A stretch of DNA of 64,000 nucleotides, taken from positions 176,514,001-176,578,000 of the forward strand of contig OZ024743.1 of assembly GCA_964016885.1 (NCBI GenBank). Reading direction: 5' to 3'. Positions 26,377 to 41,312 of the stretch are shown here, one piece after another. Source of the stretch: Eledone cirrhosa (taxonomy: Eukaryota). The first letter of the stretch is position 1. Every line of letters starts with the position of its first letter. The notes beneath the pieces are model-generated. The model was not told where the DNA came from. It made no database searches and saw nothing but the letters and a program-made list of their open reading frames with translations. The position numbers and the translations under genes are program-made.

Positions 26377-26907
26377 GAAGAGGAGAGAGAGTGAGAATCT
26401 TTATTCTCATTTCACATTTTGAACGTTGTTTTCGGTCAATATATATGGTTGCTCTATTAGGCTCTCTATCTATGAATTTGGTATTTTTTCTGTATTGAAA
26501 ACTTGAAACTAGGCAATATCTAGGAAGGACTGAGTAAATATACCCCCAACAGTTTTTTATTTATACCTATTTTGAACAATTTTCTGCTTCAAATATATTT
26601 CTCAGGCACCAAATATTGAGAGTGATATATTTACAATGCTATCGTGTTCATTCCTAAAATAGTATAATATGATTAGAAGTGGCGATGCACGATCTTATTT
26701 ATGTCTGTAAATATTCTGAAATGGTCTTCCTGTATGTGAAGAAATGACTAGATTAGAATCATTATATAATATATAATCATTGTCATCGTCATTATCGCCG
26801 TCAGTCATCAACGTCGTCATTGACATCTACCTCACCTTCGTCATTGTTGTCGTTGTGGCTGATGTAATCACCATCATTTCAACAGTCATTGCCGCCATTA
26901 TCAACAG

Positions 26908-27100
26908 CATAATTGTTTCTATTTTAGGCACAAGGCCAGCAAATTACCTAGTACATTTCTGGTACTTTATTTTATCGACCCCGTAAGGATGAAAGGCAAA
27001 GTTAACCTCAGCGGGATTTGAACTCATATCATAAAGGGACGTAACTCTATGCTTCAAAGCATGGTGTCCAACTCTCTACCGATACTGCCACTCCACCGCC
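26908..27100 (-). mobile_element. tRNA-derived SINE
   Basis: Reverse complement of the 53882 family, with A and B boxes. Confidence 0.8.
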
Positions 27101-27424
27101 CTATCATCAACAGCATAATGACCTTCATTCTAGCTGTTATTGCTGTCGTTATACTCATCTTCATCATCTTCGTCACCCTAATCGTTATCGTCAACATCAT
27201 TCTCATCATCATCATCAATATCCAAATGATTATCATCGTCGTTAGATTCACCATCAGCATCATCATCATCCTCAACGGCAGCCCAGCTACTCAAGCAACC
27301 TAATGGCTCCCCATGTGTGGTGGAATCCAACCCTAAATCTTTCTATCCCTCTTTTATATCATTTCGTATCTTAAATATTTCTCTTTCATAAGGATTATAT
27401 TTTGCTACTTCTACAGACGCCACA

Positions 27425-28335
<911 letters not shown>

Positions 28336-28837
28336 GTAGCGTTTTCATTTTCACTAGTTTTGGGGTATTTTCAATTTCAAGGTTTGACTTATTAACAAAA
28401 AAATAATGAATAAATAAATGAGTAATCAATTACATAACAAGAATAAAAGTAAAGTAAAAATAAAATTTTGAAACAATTCTTCTTAAGACCGACCACAAAT
28501 TACAACGTCGTATCCATCTTGAAAAAAAAACGTCTTTAAAGAAAAAAGAAAACAGAAAACTAAACAAACCAAAGCAGACGATATTCGAAGCTATGACGTC
28601 ATTGGAATAAATATAAACAAATAGAGAAATGAAAGAAAATATTCTATGTTGATTTAGAATGAAAGATTTCTATTTTTTTTTTTTTTAAATTACTTCTCAT
28701 GATATTTCAGTAGTAGTATCAATTTCCTTTGATTACCAATTACAAATAAATAAATATATAATTAAATATATATATATATATAAAAGCTGAATGAGATATA
28801 ATTCCCGTCTTTCTAAATCACTTTGAATGATTTATTG

Positions 28838-28906
<69 letters not shown>

Positions 28907-29050
28907 TGTGTGTATGTGTGTGTGCGTGTGTGTGTGCGCGTGTGTGTGTGTTTAGATCCAACGATCATCTTTGTAGTTCAGAAAGGAACTAGATCTCGAA
29001 ATTGATAATAGAGTAAGTATATATATATACATACATACATATATATATAC

Positions 29051-29114
<64 letters not shown>

Positions 29115-29270
29115 CTGTTTAGATCCGACGATCATCTTTGTAGTTCAGAAAGGAACTAGAACTCGATATTGATAATAGAGTAAGTACATATATATATATA
29201 TATGTACATATACATGTACATATATATATTTATATGTGTGTGTGCATGAGTGTGTGTGTGTGCGTGTGTG

Positions 29271-29318
<48 letters not shown>

Positions 29319-29394
29319 CGTCTTCTACCTAAAAAGGGTAGAGTTTATACCCATTTTAGATTACGATATAGTTGATCTGAATATCCAATGGAAG

Positions 29395-29600
29395 CAGTGA
29401 GGTCTGTTTTTGTGAAGAATATAGTCAGGTCCCTTTACTTTCTACATTCAAATCCCGCCTAGGTTAGCTTTGACTTTCATCCTTACGAGGTCGCGACATG
29501 AAAGGTAAATCTAACGGTAACGTATTGGGTTTGATTTAATGGACCCCCCCCCCCCCTCCCAATTGGTGGCCTTGTGCCTAAATCAAAAACCATTATTAAC
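29395..29600 (+). mobile_element. Degenerate tRNA-derived SINE
   Basis: TTCAAATCCCGCCTAGGTTAGCTTTGACTTTCATCCTTACGAGGTCG core and GGCCTTGTGCC tail. Confidence 0.65.
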
Positions 29601-31005
29601 TATTAACGTCCTGACACAAGTGAAAAATTAGCAAAATATTCTTGAAAAGCGAAACACACCAATTCCACATTACACATTTAAGTATTTACTCTGTTTTGAA
29701 AATATTTTCACCAGTAAAGATATTATAAACATTTGAATTAACAAATCACATGAAACCACGTTAGCAAGACATTTTTTCAAATACAACACGCGTCTTTGAA
29801 AGTGCATCACATTAAAACTTAAAGACTACTCAAAGAGTGCAAATTTATACAAAAAAATACCATGTCTCGACCGACTGCTTCCTTTTCGTACCGGTTGCTG
29901 TCGAGACGTGAGGTGTCCTCGGTCCACGCATTGCTGTTTTCCTTCCTACATTCGGAAAGACACCAGCCCATCTGCAATAGTAGCCCCGTAATATGGAATA
30001 TCTGTTGCACCGGACGTCGCTGACCTTTCCTCGCGGCAATACCTTTCTCATTGTGACAGCGGCAGCTGGGCGCAGTCGAACCACCGCCCGACTGGTGTGT
30101 AGCAGACCTGTAAACTCTCCCCATCTGACAGGAAGATCTGCCACCCTGTTTGTGGTATCTGAGAGATGTCCTCTCTTGTGAAAATGGGTATAGCTTTCAT
30201 TATGTAAAACCTCCCCATTTTACCTCATTTCTCCTCGTTTTAGGGCACTTTTCTTCATGGCACTCCGCGTTTGGGTTTTTAAAGTTTGGCAGGTCTAGTG
30301 TAGAGTTTATCACTCCCTCACCCTCTCCTTTTCTTTCAGAGAGGCAATGAGCAAAATAGAGAGAACATCAATGCACACATGCACCTGATAAGACAATGAT
30401 AGATGTTATTTTAAGGTGGGGATTCTGGACACTTCAATAACTGCTCTATTATGCTTTTAGTTGAGATGAAATAACAAGAAATATTTGGCAAAACTATAGT
30501 TTTAATAGGCATTTTTTAATTAAATAATTTTAGAGTTGGTACACCCACGTAGCCAGTAACGGTACTTTTTTCTTATTTTCCTATTTTTTCCTTCCTTATT
30601 GTCATGTATAGTGTACAGTGTTTTATAACTGGATACTTTGAATTACAAATATTTGTCCAGCAGTAAAGATACTATAAACCATTGAATATACAAACACACG
30701 TTCAAATATATTCTTTTAAATTATTACAGAGTGCGAAGAGTTAAGAATCAACGTGAAAATGAGCATAGGATTGTTTGTGTATACCTAAACCACTAAAATA
30801 ACTCTTCTTGGTGGAATTATTTACAATTAGCTCACGTGAAAAATAAATATGATTCGCAAATATTTTTTTTATATTTCATAAATCCTTACATTTGTTTGTT
30901 TATATATATCGAAGCATCTAACTATATATCTACCTATCTAACTATAAGTCTCTCTCTCTATCTCTTTGCCTGTATATATATATATATATATATACATTTC
31001 CTTCG

Positions 31006-31127
<122 letters not shown>

Positions 31128-31150
31128 ATATATATATACATATATATATA

Positions 31151-31340
31151 TAACGAAGAAAATGTGGTAAGGAACCAGATGGACCATAACGCACCAAAGT
31201 ACTCAATACTTAGGCTAGTAGAGTGGGTAATAGGAACAAGTATGACCCCGACGGCAGAGCAGAAGCCGTTTCGACGGCTAATTCTGGACTCGGGAGTCGA
31301 AACGGCTTGAGCTTTGCCGTCGGGATCACACCTGTTCCTA
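31151..31340. mobile_element. Solo fold-back fragment of the pseudo-LTR of the 32.7-36.3 kb PLE
   Basis: 31151-31289 matches 36015-36153; 31296-31340 is an inversion of 31231-31275; embedded in (TA)n. Confidence 0.85.
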
Positions 31341-31713
31341 TATATATATATATATATATATAACTTTTCTAAAGAGATTACGCAATAGTAATTGCCTAAA
31401 CACGAGAAATGAATTTTTCACACGTTGTCCACACGTCGCCAAACACCTATTGAATAACTGCAAAACTCCAGACTGATTCTTTGTAATTTTATTTTCAACC
31501 TAAAAACTTTTCGGACTTTCGCAGTTATCTCCCTTACACCTCTCGCACGCATTCTAGTATTGCCTGTGTGAAGTGACCGGGTTTCTGCGCATGCGCGTTC
31601 GTACGGTTGTCCTCTTTCCTGTTCCTATAACCATCCCCATTCCCAGCTGAGGATCCGCTAAGGTGAAACAATTGTTCACGGTATGGTGAACCGACTGTTG
31701 TGTAACCACTTCT

Positions 31714-31800
<87 letters not shown>

Positions 31801-31805
<5 letters not shown>

Positions 31806-32595
31806 AAAATAAAAGAATCGCTGCTTTCACCCTTAACGGGATCTTCTGAAACTAACAAAGTCAATCTGTGAACGCAGAAGTAAATATTTCAAAAAACGTT
31901 GCTACCGGAGGAAGACAGGAAGACGATACTTTCGTTCGTGGAAACGTTCGCTGGCAAAGAACGGGAAAAAATGAATATAATACGTCATTATTTGGAGCGG
32001 TGAAAAACAATTACACGCAAAGACAAAACCACGTTTATGGTATAAAAGAAGTCGTAGACTAATATTCTATTAGGTGGTTCATAGAGACGTTCTCTGGCAA
32101 TGAACTTAAAAAATGAAGATAATACGTCATATGTGGAGCGGGGATAACAATTGCACGCGATGACAAAACCACGTAAATGGTATAACAGAAGTCGTAGAAT
32201 AAAATTCTAACCGAATGATTCTCGGCTTCAGAGTTAAGAATGAAGTAAATAAAATACAGAGGTAATTGAAATTAAATAAATGCATACACGCATCCATATA
32301 CGAACATACACAAGCATACGCGAAAACGCTCGCCATAGGTATACACATACACGCACGTACAGAAAAAACCAAAAAAAACCCGCACGCACATACAGAACCC
32401 ACGCAACGGCTGTACCCGCGCGCATACGAAAGTATCGAACCAAAGTATCGTCTTCCTGTCTTTCTCCGGTTGCAACGTTTTTTGAAATATTTTCTTCTGC
32501 GTTCACAGATTGACTTTGTTAGTTTCCGAAGATCCCGTTAAGGGTTAAAGCAGCGATTCTTTGCTTAAACTTTAATCTGTTATTTTAATAAATAT
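31801..32595. mobile_element. ORF-less PLE 3'-end copy with inverted terminal repeat (same family as 47858-49308)
   Basis: 31811-32330 matches about 47886-48420; 32435-32562 is an inversion of 31811-31938; hammerhead motif at 32521-32571 (+) with GAAA mutated to TAAA. Confidence 0.8.
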
Positions 32596-32678
32596 TTGCT
32601 CTATGGTTCTTATATATTTGATATATATTTATCCTTATCGAGCCCTCTTTGGATTTTAGCCTTCAAATTTAATATTAT

Positions 32679-32735
<57 letters not shown>

Positions 32736-32745
32736 AACAAGTATG

Positions 32746-32841
32746 ACCCCGACGGCAGAGCTCAAGCCGTTTCGACAGCTAATTCTGGACTAAATAAGAA
32801 TTTTTAGCCTGGTAAATAAATAGCCGAACTTCTCAGGGGGT
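32746..32841 (-). ncRNA. Type I hammerhead motif in pseudo-LTR, C3.A8 core (more decayed copy at 36108-36203)
   Basis: ACCCC-CTGAGAA-GttCGGCTA...TAGCTGtC-GAAACGGC ttgagctct GCCGTC|GGGGT. Confidence 0.7.
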
Positions 32842-33793
32842 AAATCCTTATATGGGAAGATAGTAATTGTCAAAAAGATTAGTCAAAAATGTGTTGTAAA
32901 GAGAGATGATTCTATCATGGTATTTAGTGGGAGGTAGGGGTCGCTGAAATTGCCGGTAGAACAAAGAGGGAGTGGAGGAAACACAGTCAAGTGTTGAAAG
33001 TGAAATCTATACCGCAGATTCTAAGGATAGTGTATAGAAGGTCGAAAAAAGTGTACTGGAGAAGGGGAGGGAGGGAGTTGAAAGAATAGGTAAATCGAAA
33101 GGGAGTAAACAAAAAAAACATTATAAAAATAAGGAAATAAATATATAAAAAAAATTTCTGGTTACTACTCCATCCCCACAATCACCAAATCTTTCATTGG
33201 TATTGCTAAGCTATAGAAAATTTAATAGGTGGAGAAAAATAGTAAATACGAGATTGTAGTGAAGGAATTTTATAAAGCCGGCTTTACAGGGGGGTCTAAC
33301 ACCACTGCTATAGTTAGTAGTAATTAGCCAATGCTATCTTAGAATGACAGGTTAATAAGTTGAGAACAAACATACTAAAATACTACTACAAAAATACTAA
33401 TACGAAATATTAATTCAGAATACTAATACATAAATACTAATACAAAAATACTAATACCAAAATACCACTAAGAAATTTAGAAATCACGGAAATGGAGCAG
33501 CAACCAGAAAGAAAACAATTTACTGCGGTCTAACACATCTGCTATAAAAAGCGTAATCGGCCAATTCTATCTTAAAATTAGTGGGGTGGGGGTACCGAGG
33601 CTACAGAGGACCGATTGGCTGCATCGGGGTGGGCGAAAAGGTGAAAACAAGACAAGGAAGGAGATTTGGGGTGGAAGGACTAGGAAGAGATGGGGGGAAG
33701 AAGGAATTATAGAGGAAAAGATAAAAAAAGTTACGTCTACCTTTGTAAGCAAGGGTTACTCCTTACAAAATCGGCAAGTGGGGTGTTTCAGCC

Positions 33794-35981
33794 CTAGACT
33801 ACCCCCCCCCCCCGGGTCATTATCTGTTTGCATGCAGTTACCAGTTCGTCTTTCTTCTTTAGGAGTTGGTCCTTCGAAAACACCATTTGTAATATTTCCT
33901 CCGAGTATAAGTTACACGGACGGCGTCCTCCCGTGTAAGAGTTAGCTCTGGACAGTAAGCTCCAAGTGAGATTGTAGGTTATATTATAATCTTTGAGGTC
34001 CCAGATGTGGCCCGAAAGTGTAGTGGCATGACGCCGGGCCGGGTTTCGGAAAGTATGTCTGTGTAGGTAGAGCCGGGTCTTGAAGTCACAAGCGGTTAAT
34101 CCTATATAAGCTTTGTTGGAGGTGTCCGTCCTCACGTTGCACTGGTAGATCACATTACGATCTCGGCATCTGTTGTTGAGGGGGCACAGGGATCTATCAG
34201 GACAGTTACACCTCCTGGTCGGCTCTCCACTGCTGTCTAGGTTATTTCTTCCATAGGAGTTGAGTTTTTTGTTCTTAGAGGAGACGATGTTTTGTGCGAA
34301 GTTAGGTGTGGTGCTGTAGGGGAGTTTGATGGTGTTTTTGTTGATTATGTTGTGGTAGCTGTGTTGTAGTGGGAAGTGTTTTTCGATGAGCCTAAAGAAG
34401 ATTTTCCCGATAGGTGTTGTCAACTCGGCATTGTGTGTGGGGGGGGGAGAAGGGGGTTGAACCACGTTATGGTGCGTGAGCGGCGGTGTCCCCTGCTGGT
34501 TCCGCTAATGGAAGCTGGATAATAGGATATTTCCTCCCGAAAGCCACCCCGCTTGTGGGCCTGGTTGTAATAAGGTGCATGTTCGTCGAATATCTGCTCA
34601 TTAGCGGACAAACGAGATATGCGGAGGGAGATGTTTTTAATCAGGTTATTGGTGATGTTTCTAGGATGGTTCGACCGGTGGTGGATGTAATGCAGGTTGT
34701 CGTTTGGTTTCCTGTATGGGTAGTACAGATCATTATCGAGGTTAAATGTAACGTCCAGGAAGTTTACTCGGGTTAGGGACGTTTGTAGGGTTATTTTAAA
34801 TCCCCAGTCGCGGAAGAAGCTGCTTAATTGTTTACGGACCTGGCCTGTACTACTGGGGTTGTACCCTTTGAGAGTGAGGAGCCCATCATTACGGTACAAT
34901 CCACCGCCGAATGCAGGAAACATTTCGGTGAGTTTAAATAGTAGGAATAATCCTATAAGATCTGTGACCTCAGCCGAATCCGTCGCGGCAATACTGACGT
35001 CGAAGGGGGAGTCAGGAGCTCTCTTTATCCATTTGGAGTTGTCGAAAAGTAGGACTGTCTTCCTGGCGTGGAGGATGATATTTCTTTCCAGGTCTTGGAT
35101 GGGCGTGAGTGTTTCGTCAAATTTCAAGGCGGCCGTAAGGAGCAGTAAGGTAATTGATGCATAGTAACTCTCTATGTCAAACTGGATGAATTTTGTGTCT
35201 CGTTTGTCCTCCATATTGCTGAACCATGAGATTACTTCCTGGCTAAGTCTCTCGTTTTGCTTAACTTTTGGTATAACGCGGTCTAGGATTTTTTTACTGA
35301 TTCTCCCTATGTCGGACTTCGTTGGGTTTATAAGCCTGATGGATGGTTTACGGTCGAAGTCGGATTTGTGGTCATTCATTTTGAAGTAGGGAGTCCGTGG
35401 GTCTAGGGGTTCAGTGCGGTCAGCGAACCCGAGGCTGGAGGTAATTTGTTGCCCATCTCGATTTATGTCCTCGATACTTGAATGGTTAGCCTTTTTATAG
35501 GTGGAGTTTAGGCTGCTCCTGATCAGTGTGTGGTATCTGTCGGGGTTGACGAAGTAGAGGTTTCCAGTTTTGTCCGAGTGCACCATGATATCGTTGGTGT
35601 TTTCATACTCTGTTAATTTGCTACGGAGTTTTTGTAGGAATCTGTTGTGTGTGGGTTTGAATTTAATGCTCTTGACCAGTTGGAAAAGGTCATTCTCGAA
35701 AAGTGAGAGCATAGGGTTCGGTGGGGGAGATTTGTAGGTATTAAATCCAAATCTCTCCTTGGTATCCAAGTCCTGATTGTCGCAACATCTGTCGTAGAAA
35801 AAAGTTCTCCATCTTAGTCTTTTAGCAAAGAGGTCGATTTTTGGCGTGAGCATCCGAAGGTAAAGTTTTCTCGGTGGAACTGGGATGTTCTTGGTGGAGA
35901 AGTCGATGTTGTGTTTTCGCATGGTGCGGGTGAAAGAACTTGAGCTTGGCGGAAAAGTCTGGATAAGGCGTGGTAGGGTTG
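33794..35981 (-). pseudogene. PLE reverse transcriptase plus GIY-YIG endonuclease, frameshifted
   Basis: SDKTGNLY, RLINP, FIQFDIESYY, GLYRNDGL (YRDD mutated), NFLDV, SNHP, WFNP; after a frameshift in a G-run near 34440: CNC-x5-CPL, VIYQC...AYIGLT...KTRLYLH, CNL..EE. Confidence 0.9.
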
Positions 35982-36419
35982 GGAAGTGCTCTAGTATGGA
36001 AATAGGAGCTAGATGACGAAGGAAATGTGGTAAGGAACCAGATGGACCATAACGCACCAAAGAACTCAATACTTAGGGTAGTAGAGTGGGTAATAGGAAC
36101 AGGTATGACACCGATGGCAGAGCTCAAGCCGTTTCGATGGCTAATTCTGGACTAAATAAGAATTTTTAGCCTGGTAAATAAATAGCCGAACTTTTCAGGG
36201 GGTAATTCCTTATATGGGAAGATACTAATTGTCAAAAGGATTGGTCAAACATTTGTTGTAAAGACAGATGATTCTATCATGGCATTTAGTGGGAGGTAGG
36301 AATTACCCCCTGAGAAGTTTAGCTTTGGCCTTTTAAGTTCTATTTCGCTGTCCTCTCTGATTTGCCTATCGGCTAGGTCATTTCTATGATTGGATATTAT
36401 TTTAATTTCTATGTTGTCT

Positions 36420-37008
36420 ATGTTACCGTCATGTTGTTGTCTGGCGTGTTCGTATTGTACTGAACAGTTTTTTCTTCCTTTTAGCTCCCCTCAGTGTTGG
36501 TCTATCCTTTCACCTATGTTACGAACTGTCTCGCCTATGTATTTTGTTGTCATGTTTCTGTAAGTACCCTCTGTACATCTTATGCTATAGACTACGTTTC
36601 TAGTTTTACAGGGGGTTTACTTTACATATAATACATTTCCTATTAGTACAGTGGGTTTTCTTAAAAGGGTATGTTTTGCTGATCAGGGATTTTATGGTGG
36701 TTCCTGGCTGTTCTACCACCTTAATCTTTAAGTGGGTCTTTCTCAGGGCCTTTCTACACTGGTTAGCTAATTTTGCTCCAGGGGTAGCGTCCACGAACAT
36801 GACACTCTGGTATCTCTGGTTGTCGTACCATGAGGTGGCTTTCCCTATCTTATGTTTAGTCCTATCTAAGCTATTCCATGATTTTCTCCTGTATAATGGG
36901 CAAATTCCTTTCATGTCCAGTTCTATGAGGGTCTTATACTTCTCCGTGGCTCCTTCATATACTCTGATTCTGTCTCTTTGGTTGTAGCCAGAGAACTGCA
37001 TGCGGTTG
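36420..37008 (-). pseudogene. 3' fragment of another PLE family (thumb/linker plus GIY-YIG)
   Basis: FVDATPG..LA..KVVEQPG..PF..C-x4-C-x2-C then, in a shifted frame, NVVYSIRC...KYIGETVRNIGERIDQH. Confidence 0.8.
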
Positions 37009-37036
37009 ATATATTTATATATATATATATATTTAA

Positions 37037-37140
<104 letters not shown>

Positions 37141-37572
37141 GTATGTATATATGTATATATATACATGATAAATTCAAGAGTAATATACCTAACGGATATT
37201 TCGATCCTAATCATAATAATAATCATTAGCTGGCTGAATGACTGGCTTTTTTGAGGAAGAAAATTACTTTTATTACGTGAAAGATATATAGGAGAAGATA
37301 TAAATAGATAACGATTATATTAATTTAGATGTTATTTGCATTCTCTATGATTGCTTTTATTAGCTTAGATTTGTTAGCTTAAGTTAAGAGTGCGGATATA
37401 TTCCTGTATCTGACATTCGAATGTTTGTATAACGAGGTAACATTAAAGGATATTTGAAATATAATAAATATATTGGTGTATTTTGTATCTGGAATAGAGA
37501 TAGACGAGCGAAGTGTGAGTGTGGGGAGAAGTATGTTTACATCATGATCTCATACACATTTACAAGTAGACT

Positions 37573-37689
<117 letters not shown>

Positions 37690-37770
37690 GGTAAACAGAA
37701 ATAACAACACAATCGGTACAGTATATGGAAAGAACATATTAGGTTAAAGCTTGAAATAGCAGGAAGAGAG

Positions 37771-37806
37771 TCTTAACGTTTCGGACGCTAGTCCTTCATC
37801 AGGAGA
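37771..37806 (-). ncRNA. Minimal PLE-type hammerhead motif
   Basis: CTGATGA-a-GGAC tagc GTCC-GAAACGTT; palindromic stem III AACGTT; stem I weak. Confidence 0.6.
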
Positions 37807-37907
37807 AAGAATGTGAAATAAGAAAGATTGAATGGACGGGCGGAGCAGAGTTGGAAAAAGATATCTTTAGATAAAAATAACAGGTCCATTCATGTTGACA
37901 TCTCTTG

Positions 37908-37911
<4 letters not shown>

Positions 37912-37981
<70 letters not shown>

Positions 37982-38242
37982 GTGTATATATAGTTATACT
38001 TGGGTAGGGTCATATTAGTGTAATAATATTGCCAGAATTAATAACAGAACAAACTCACTGTTTGGTTGGTTTTCGCTTCTGTGTCTTTTATATCGGTTAA
38101 TTTAAATCATTCGGTATAAAATTAACCGATATAAAAGACACAGAAGCGAAAACCAACCAAACAGTGAGTGTGTTCTGTTATTAATCCTGGATATATTATT
38201 ACACAAATATGACCCTCCCCAAGTATAACTATATATATACAC

Positions 38243-38320
<78 letters not shown>
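37912..38320. repeat. About 400-bp fold-back palindrome including mirrored microsatellite flanks
   Basis: 37991-38103 is the reverse complement of 38118-38231 around a short spacer, with (TA)n(TG)n mirrored by (CA)n(TA)n; single arm copies at 44193-44297 and, diverged, about 7850-7937. Confidence 0.9.
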
Positions 38321-38324
<4 letters not shown>

Positions 38325-38574
38325 GAAAGGTATAGAAATTGTTTTAGCGAGAAGCTAACAGTATTTCATAACATATATGCGACTATGTCGTCAAGATGGG
38401 AAAAATAGTCAACGTAAGATGTGGGAAAAATAACTCAAACCTATCTCAAAAGAGAATCAGGATATAAATTCATCCACAGAATTTAGTGAAATCCAGGGAA
38501 AAATCAATAGAGCCTTAACTCATGATAAGATAAAGTCTAAAATACTTATCCTTCAATTTCGAAAAACATCAAAT

Positions 38575-38653
38575 GCTCTGTATAGTCTTAAAGACTATTT
38601 CATGAAAACTTTCAGTGGAGATGGTTACGGTCGGAGTTCATCATCAGCAGAGC
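38575..38653 (-). ncRNA. Type I hammerhead ribozyme in a roughly 430-bp (TA)n-flanked insert (38321-38754)
   Basis: GCTCTG-CTGATGA-TGAA...TTCAt-GAAATAGTC tttaa GACTATA|CAGAGC: 6-bp stems I and III, canonical core, AUA triplet. Confidence 0.8.
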
Positions 38654-38752
38654 TCAACAGATAACCAGGGCTCTCACAGAATTATAAGCCAAAAAGGGAA
38701 TTCTAAAACTGGCTAGTTCACCATCATGCGTGATTATGAAAAACGCACATGA

Positions 38753-38815
<63 letters not shown>

Positions 38816-38939
38816 TGGGCCCTTAGATCGGTGTAGTCATAGAGGAGTCGTCGTGGAATACAGTGTGCATTTAAAACTACCGAGACCCATTTCCATGTCG
38901 GAACGCAGGCAATTTTTCAGGAGAGAGTGGAGAGAGTGA

Positions 38940-38981
<42 letters not shown>

Positions 38982-39144
38982 GAGAGAGGGGGAGGGAGAG
39001 GGGTGGAGAGAGTGTGTCTGAGAACATGAGAAAGAGAGATAAAACATTTTTATCTCTTTGGGATTTGAACTTAAATTGCAGAATGCCGCAACGATTGCCC
39101 GAAAGCATTGTGATCGACTTTCAAACAACTCTGTCATTTTTCCT

Positions 39145-39214
<70 letters not shown>

Positions 39215-39579
39215 ATTTATTTCCTTTTATTTATTTAAATTAGTTCATTTCTTTTTAGTTTCGTCTCCTCGACTATCATCATCCACTTTCATTTTGGGAT
39301 TTTAGATAATTATAAAAACTGTATTCACTAATGCTGCTCTTATCTTCAAATTACCTCCCTTAATAGGGTCCTCAACAACAAATTCTGCCGTCTCCTCAAT
39401 AATGTATAATTATCTCGGGAAAGAATTACATGTTGGTATGTGAAATAATAATATACATGGAGTGTGGTGAAGTAGATAGATTATACAGATAATAATCAAT
39501 ATGAATTTGTTGAGCTAAATTTATCTTTAAAAATGAAATCAGTTCATACACATATACACACACAATCCCCTCTCATATA

Positions 39580-39704
<125 letters not shown>

Positions 39705-39803
39705 GATATATGGATATAGGTGTAGATATATAAGTTGATATGCATATATACATATATGTACATATATAAAGAGAGCGAGAGAGAGAGATGGAGAGAGGGT
39801 GAA

Positions 39804-39840
<37 letters not shown>

Positions 39841-41255
39841 GAGGGAGAGAGATGTGTGTGTGTGTGAAAGTGTGTATGAAATATTTTAGTATTTCGATTA
39901 AACGGAAGTCAAAATGGCGGATGGACAGTAATGGCTGACAGAGGCGAGTAATTGAAAAAAAATTCTGTATATCGTATAAGAGTAGAAGGGGATCGATAAA
40001 ACAATAAAGTGGATATGGTGTTAGATGTGGTGGGGGAGATTATAACGAAATATGATCAAATATTCACTTCTATATTAGAACGTTTATGTTATTTTATATC
40101 GAATAAATTGTTTCAATTCAAAGTAATTTTTTACTTGCTACAGTTCAAATTTTTTTTTAGCGCGGCTCATCTCGAAGTGAGCAAAGGAATTCAAAAGCCC
40201 TCCAGTCATGATCATCCCATTTTTTTTCTTCTCTCAGTTGATTTCATATGGAATAAATATTTCCGTATTATTTTTTTTTACTTGCTATAGTTCACTGTGC
40301 TTTCTTCAAGCGCTTATTCTCGTCATTGTTCATGGTGTTGCTGTTGTTGTGGATGCAGCATGGTCGAATGGTTGTGTTGGTGGTGGTAGATATGGTCGTG
40401 GGGTGGCATTAGTAGTGGTGCTGGTGTTAGTGTTGGTGGTGATGGTGTTATTGTTTGTGTTGGTAATCGTGATGGTAGTATTGTTGTCAATGTTTAGCCC
40501 GAATCATCCCGAACCGATCAAAGAAGGATAAAGCACTTCCAACCGTGAGCATCCTATTCCATTCTTATTCTTCATGCAATTTATATGTCTTTTTCTAGAA
40601 TAGAACTGTCTTGTACAATAGAGGGATTAACGGGGATACAGCAGTTTACACACACCAGGTGTAATAGTAAACATACACTATATGCAAAATCATAGGGGAA
40701 CGAATTAATAGTGCGGTAAGCCTGCACATTCCTATTAATACTCGAGTCCAGAAATAAGGAATGCCTCCGAGAACTGTCCATACGACGAGTTAAATTCTGT
40801 TCTGCCAGATACCTAACCCTATATATTATTGAGACTGAGATGTTTCATCGTATTATATATATATATATTATATACAGTGGTACGACGAATAGAATTTATT
40901 AGACATATTACAATCGTTTCTCTGAGCATTTGTATGATTGAAACGCTCCCGCCCTGTCGCGGCCTTCCCGGCCTGTAGGCGCCCACACCCATGTCTATGT
41001 TTCGCGCAGGCGTGATACATATGGGCACTTATACACCCACAACAATCACATACACACCCGCAATTGTATTATATGCGACAATCACAGTAAATATTGAATG
41101 TGCAGCGAATACTAAGAAAGAATTTAAAAAAAATGGAAAAGCATTTTAAAAAAACGTTTCAGAAAAACACACCCTCAAAACATACTCTGCTCTGTAAGAG
41201 CATCGAGTGGTAAACGGCCTAGCGCATACGGACGCTTTAAGCATCCCACACCAAT

Positions 41256-41312
<57 letters not shown>

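Larger units (their letters stand above)
32731..36324 (-). mobile_element. Penelope-like element with direct pseudo-LTRs (tentatively Hydra-like clade)
   Basis: 32731-32938 is directly repeated at 36093-36300; short inversion at 36301-36324; internal RT and GIY-YIG ORF. Confidence 0.9.
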
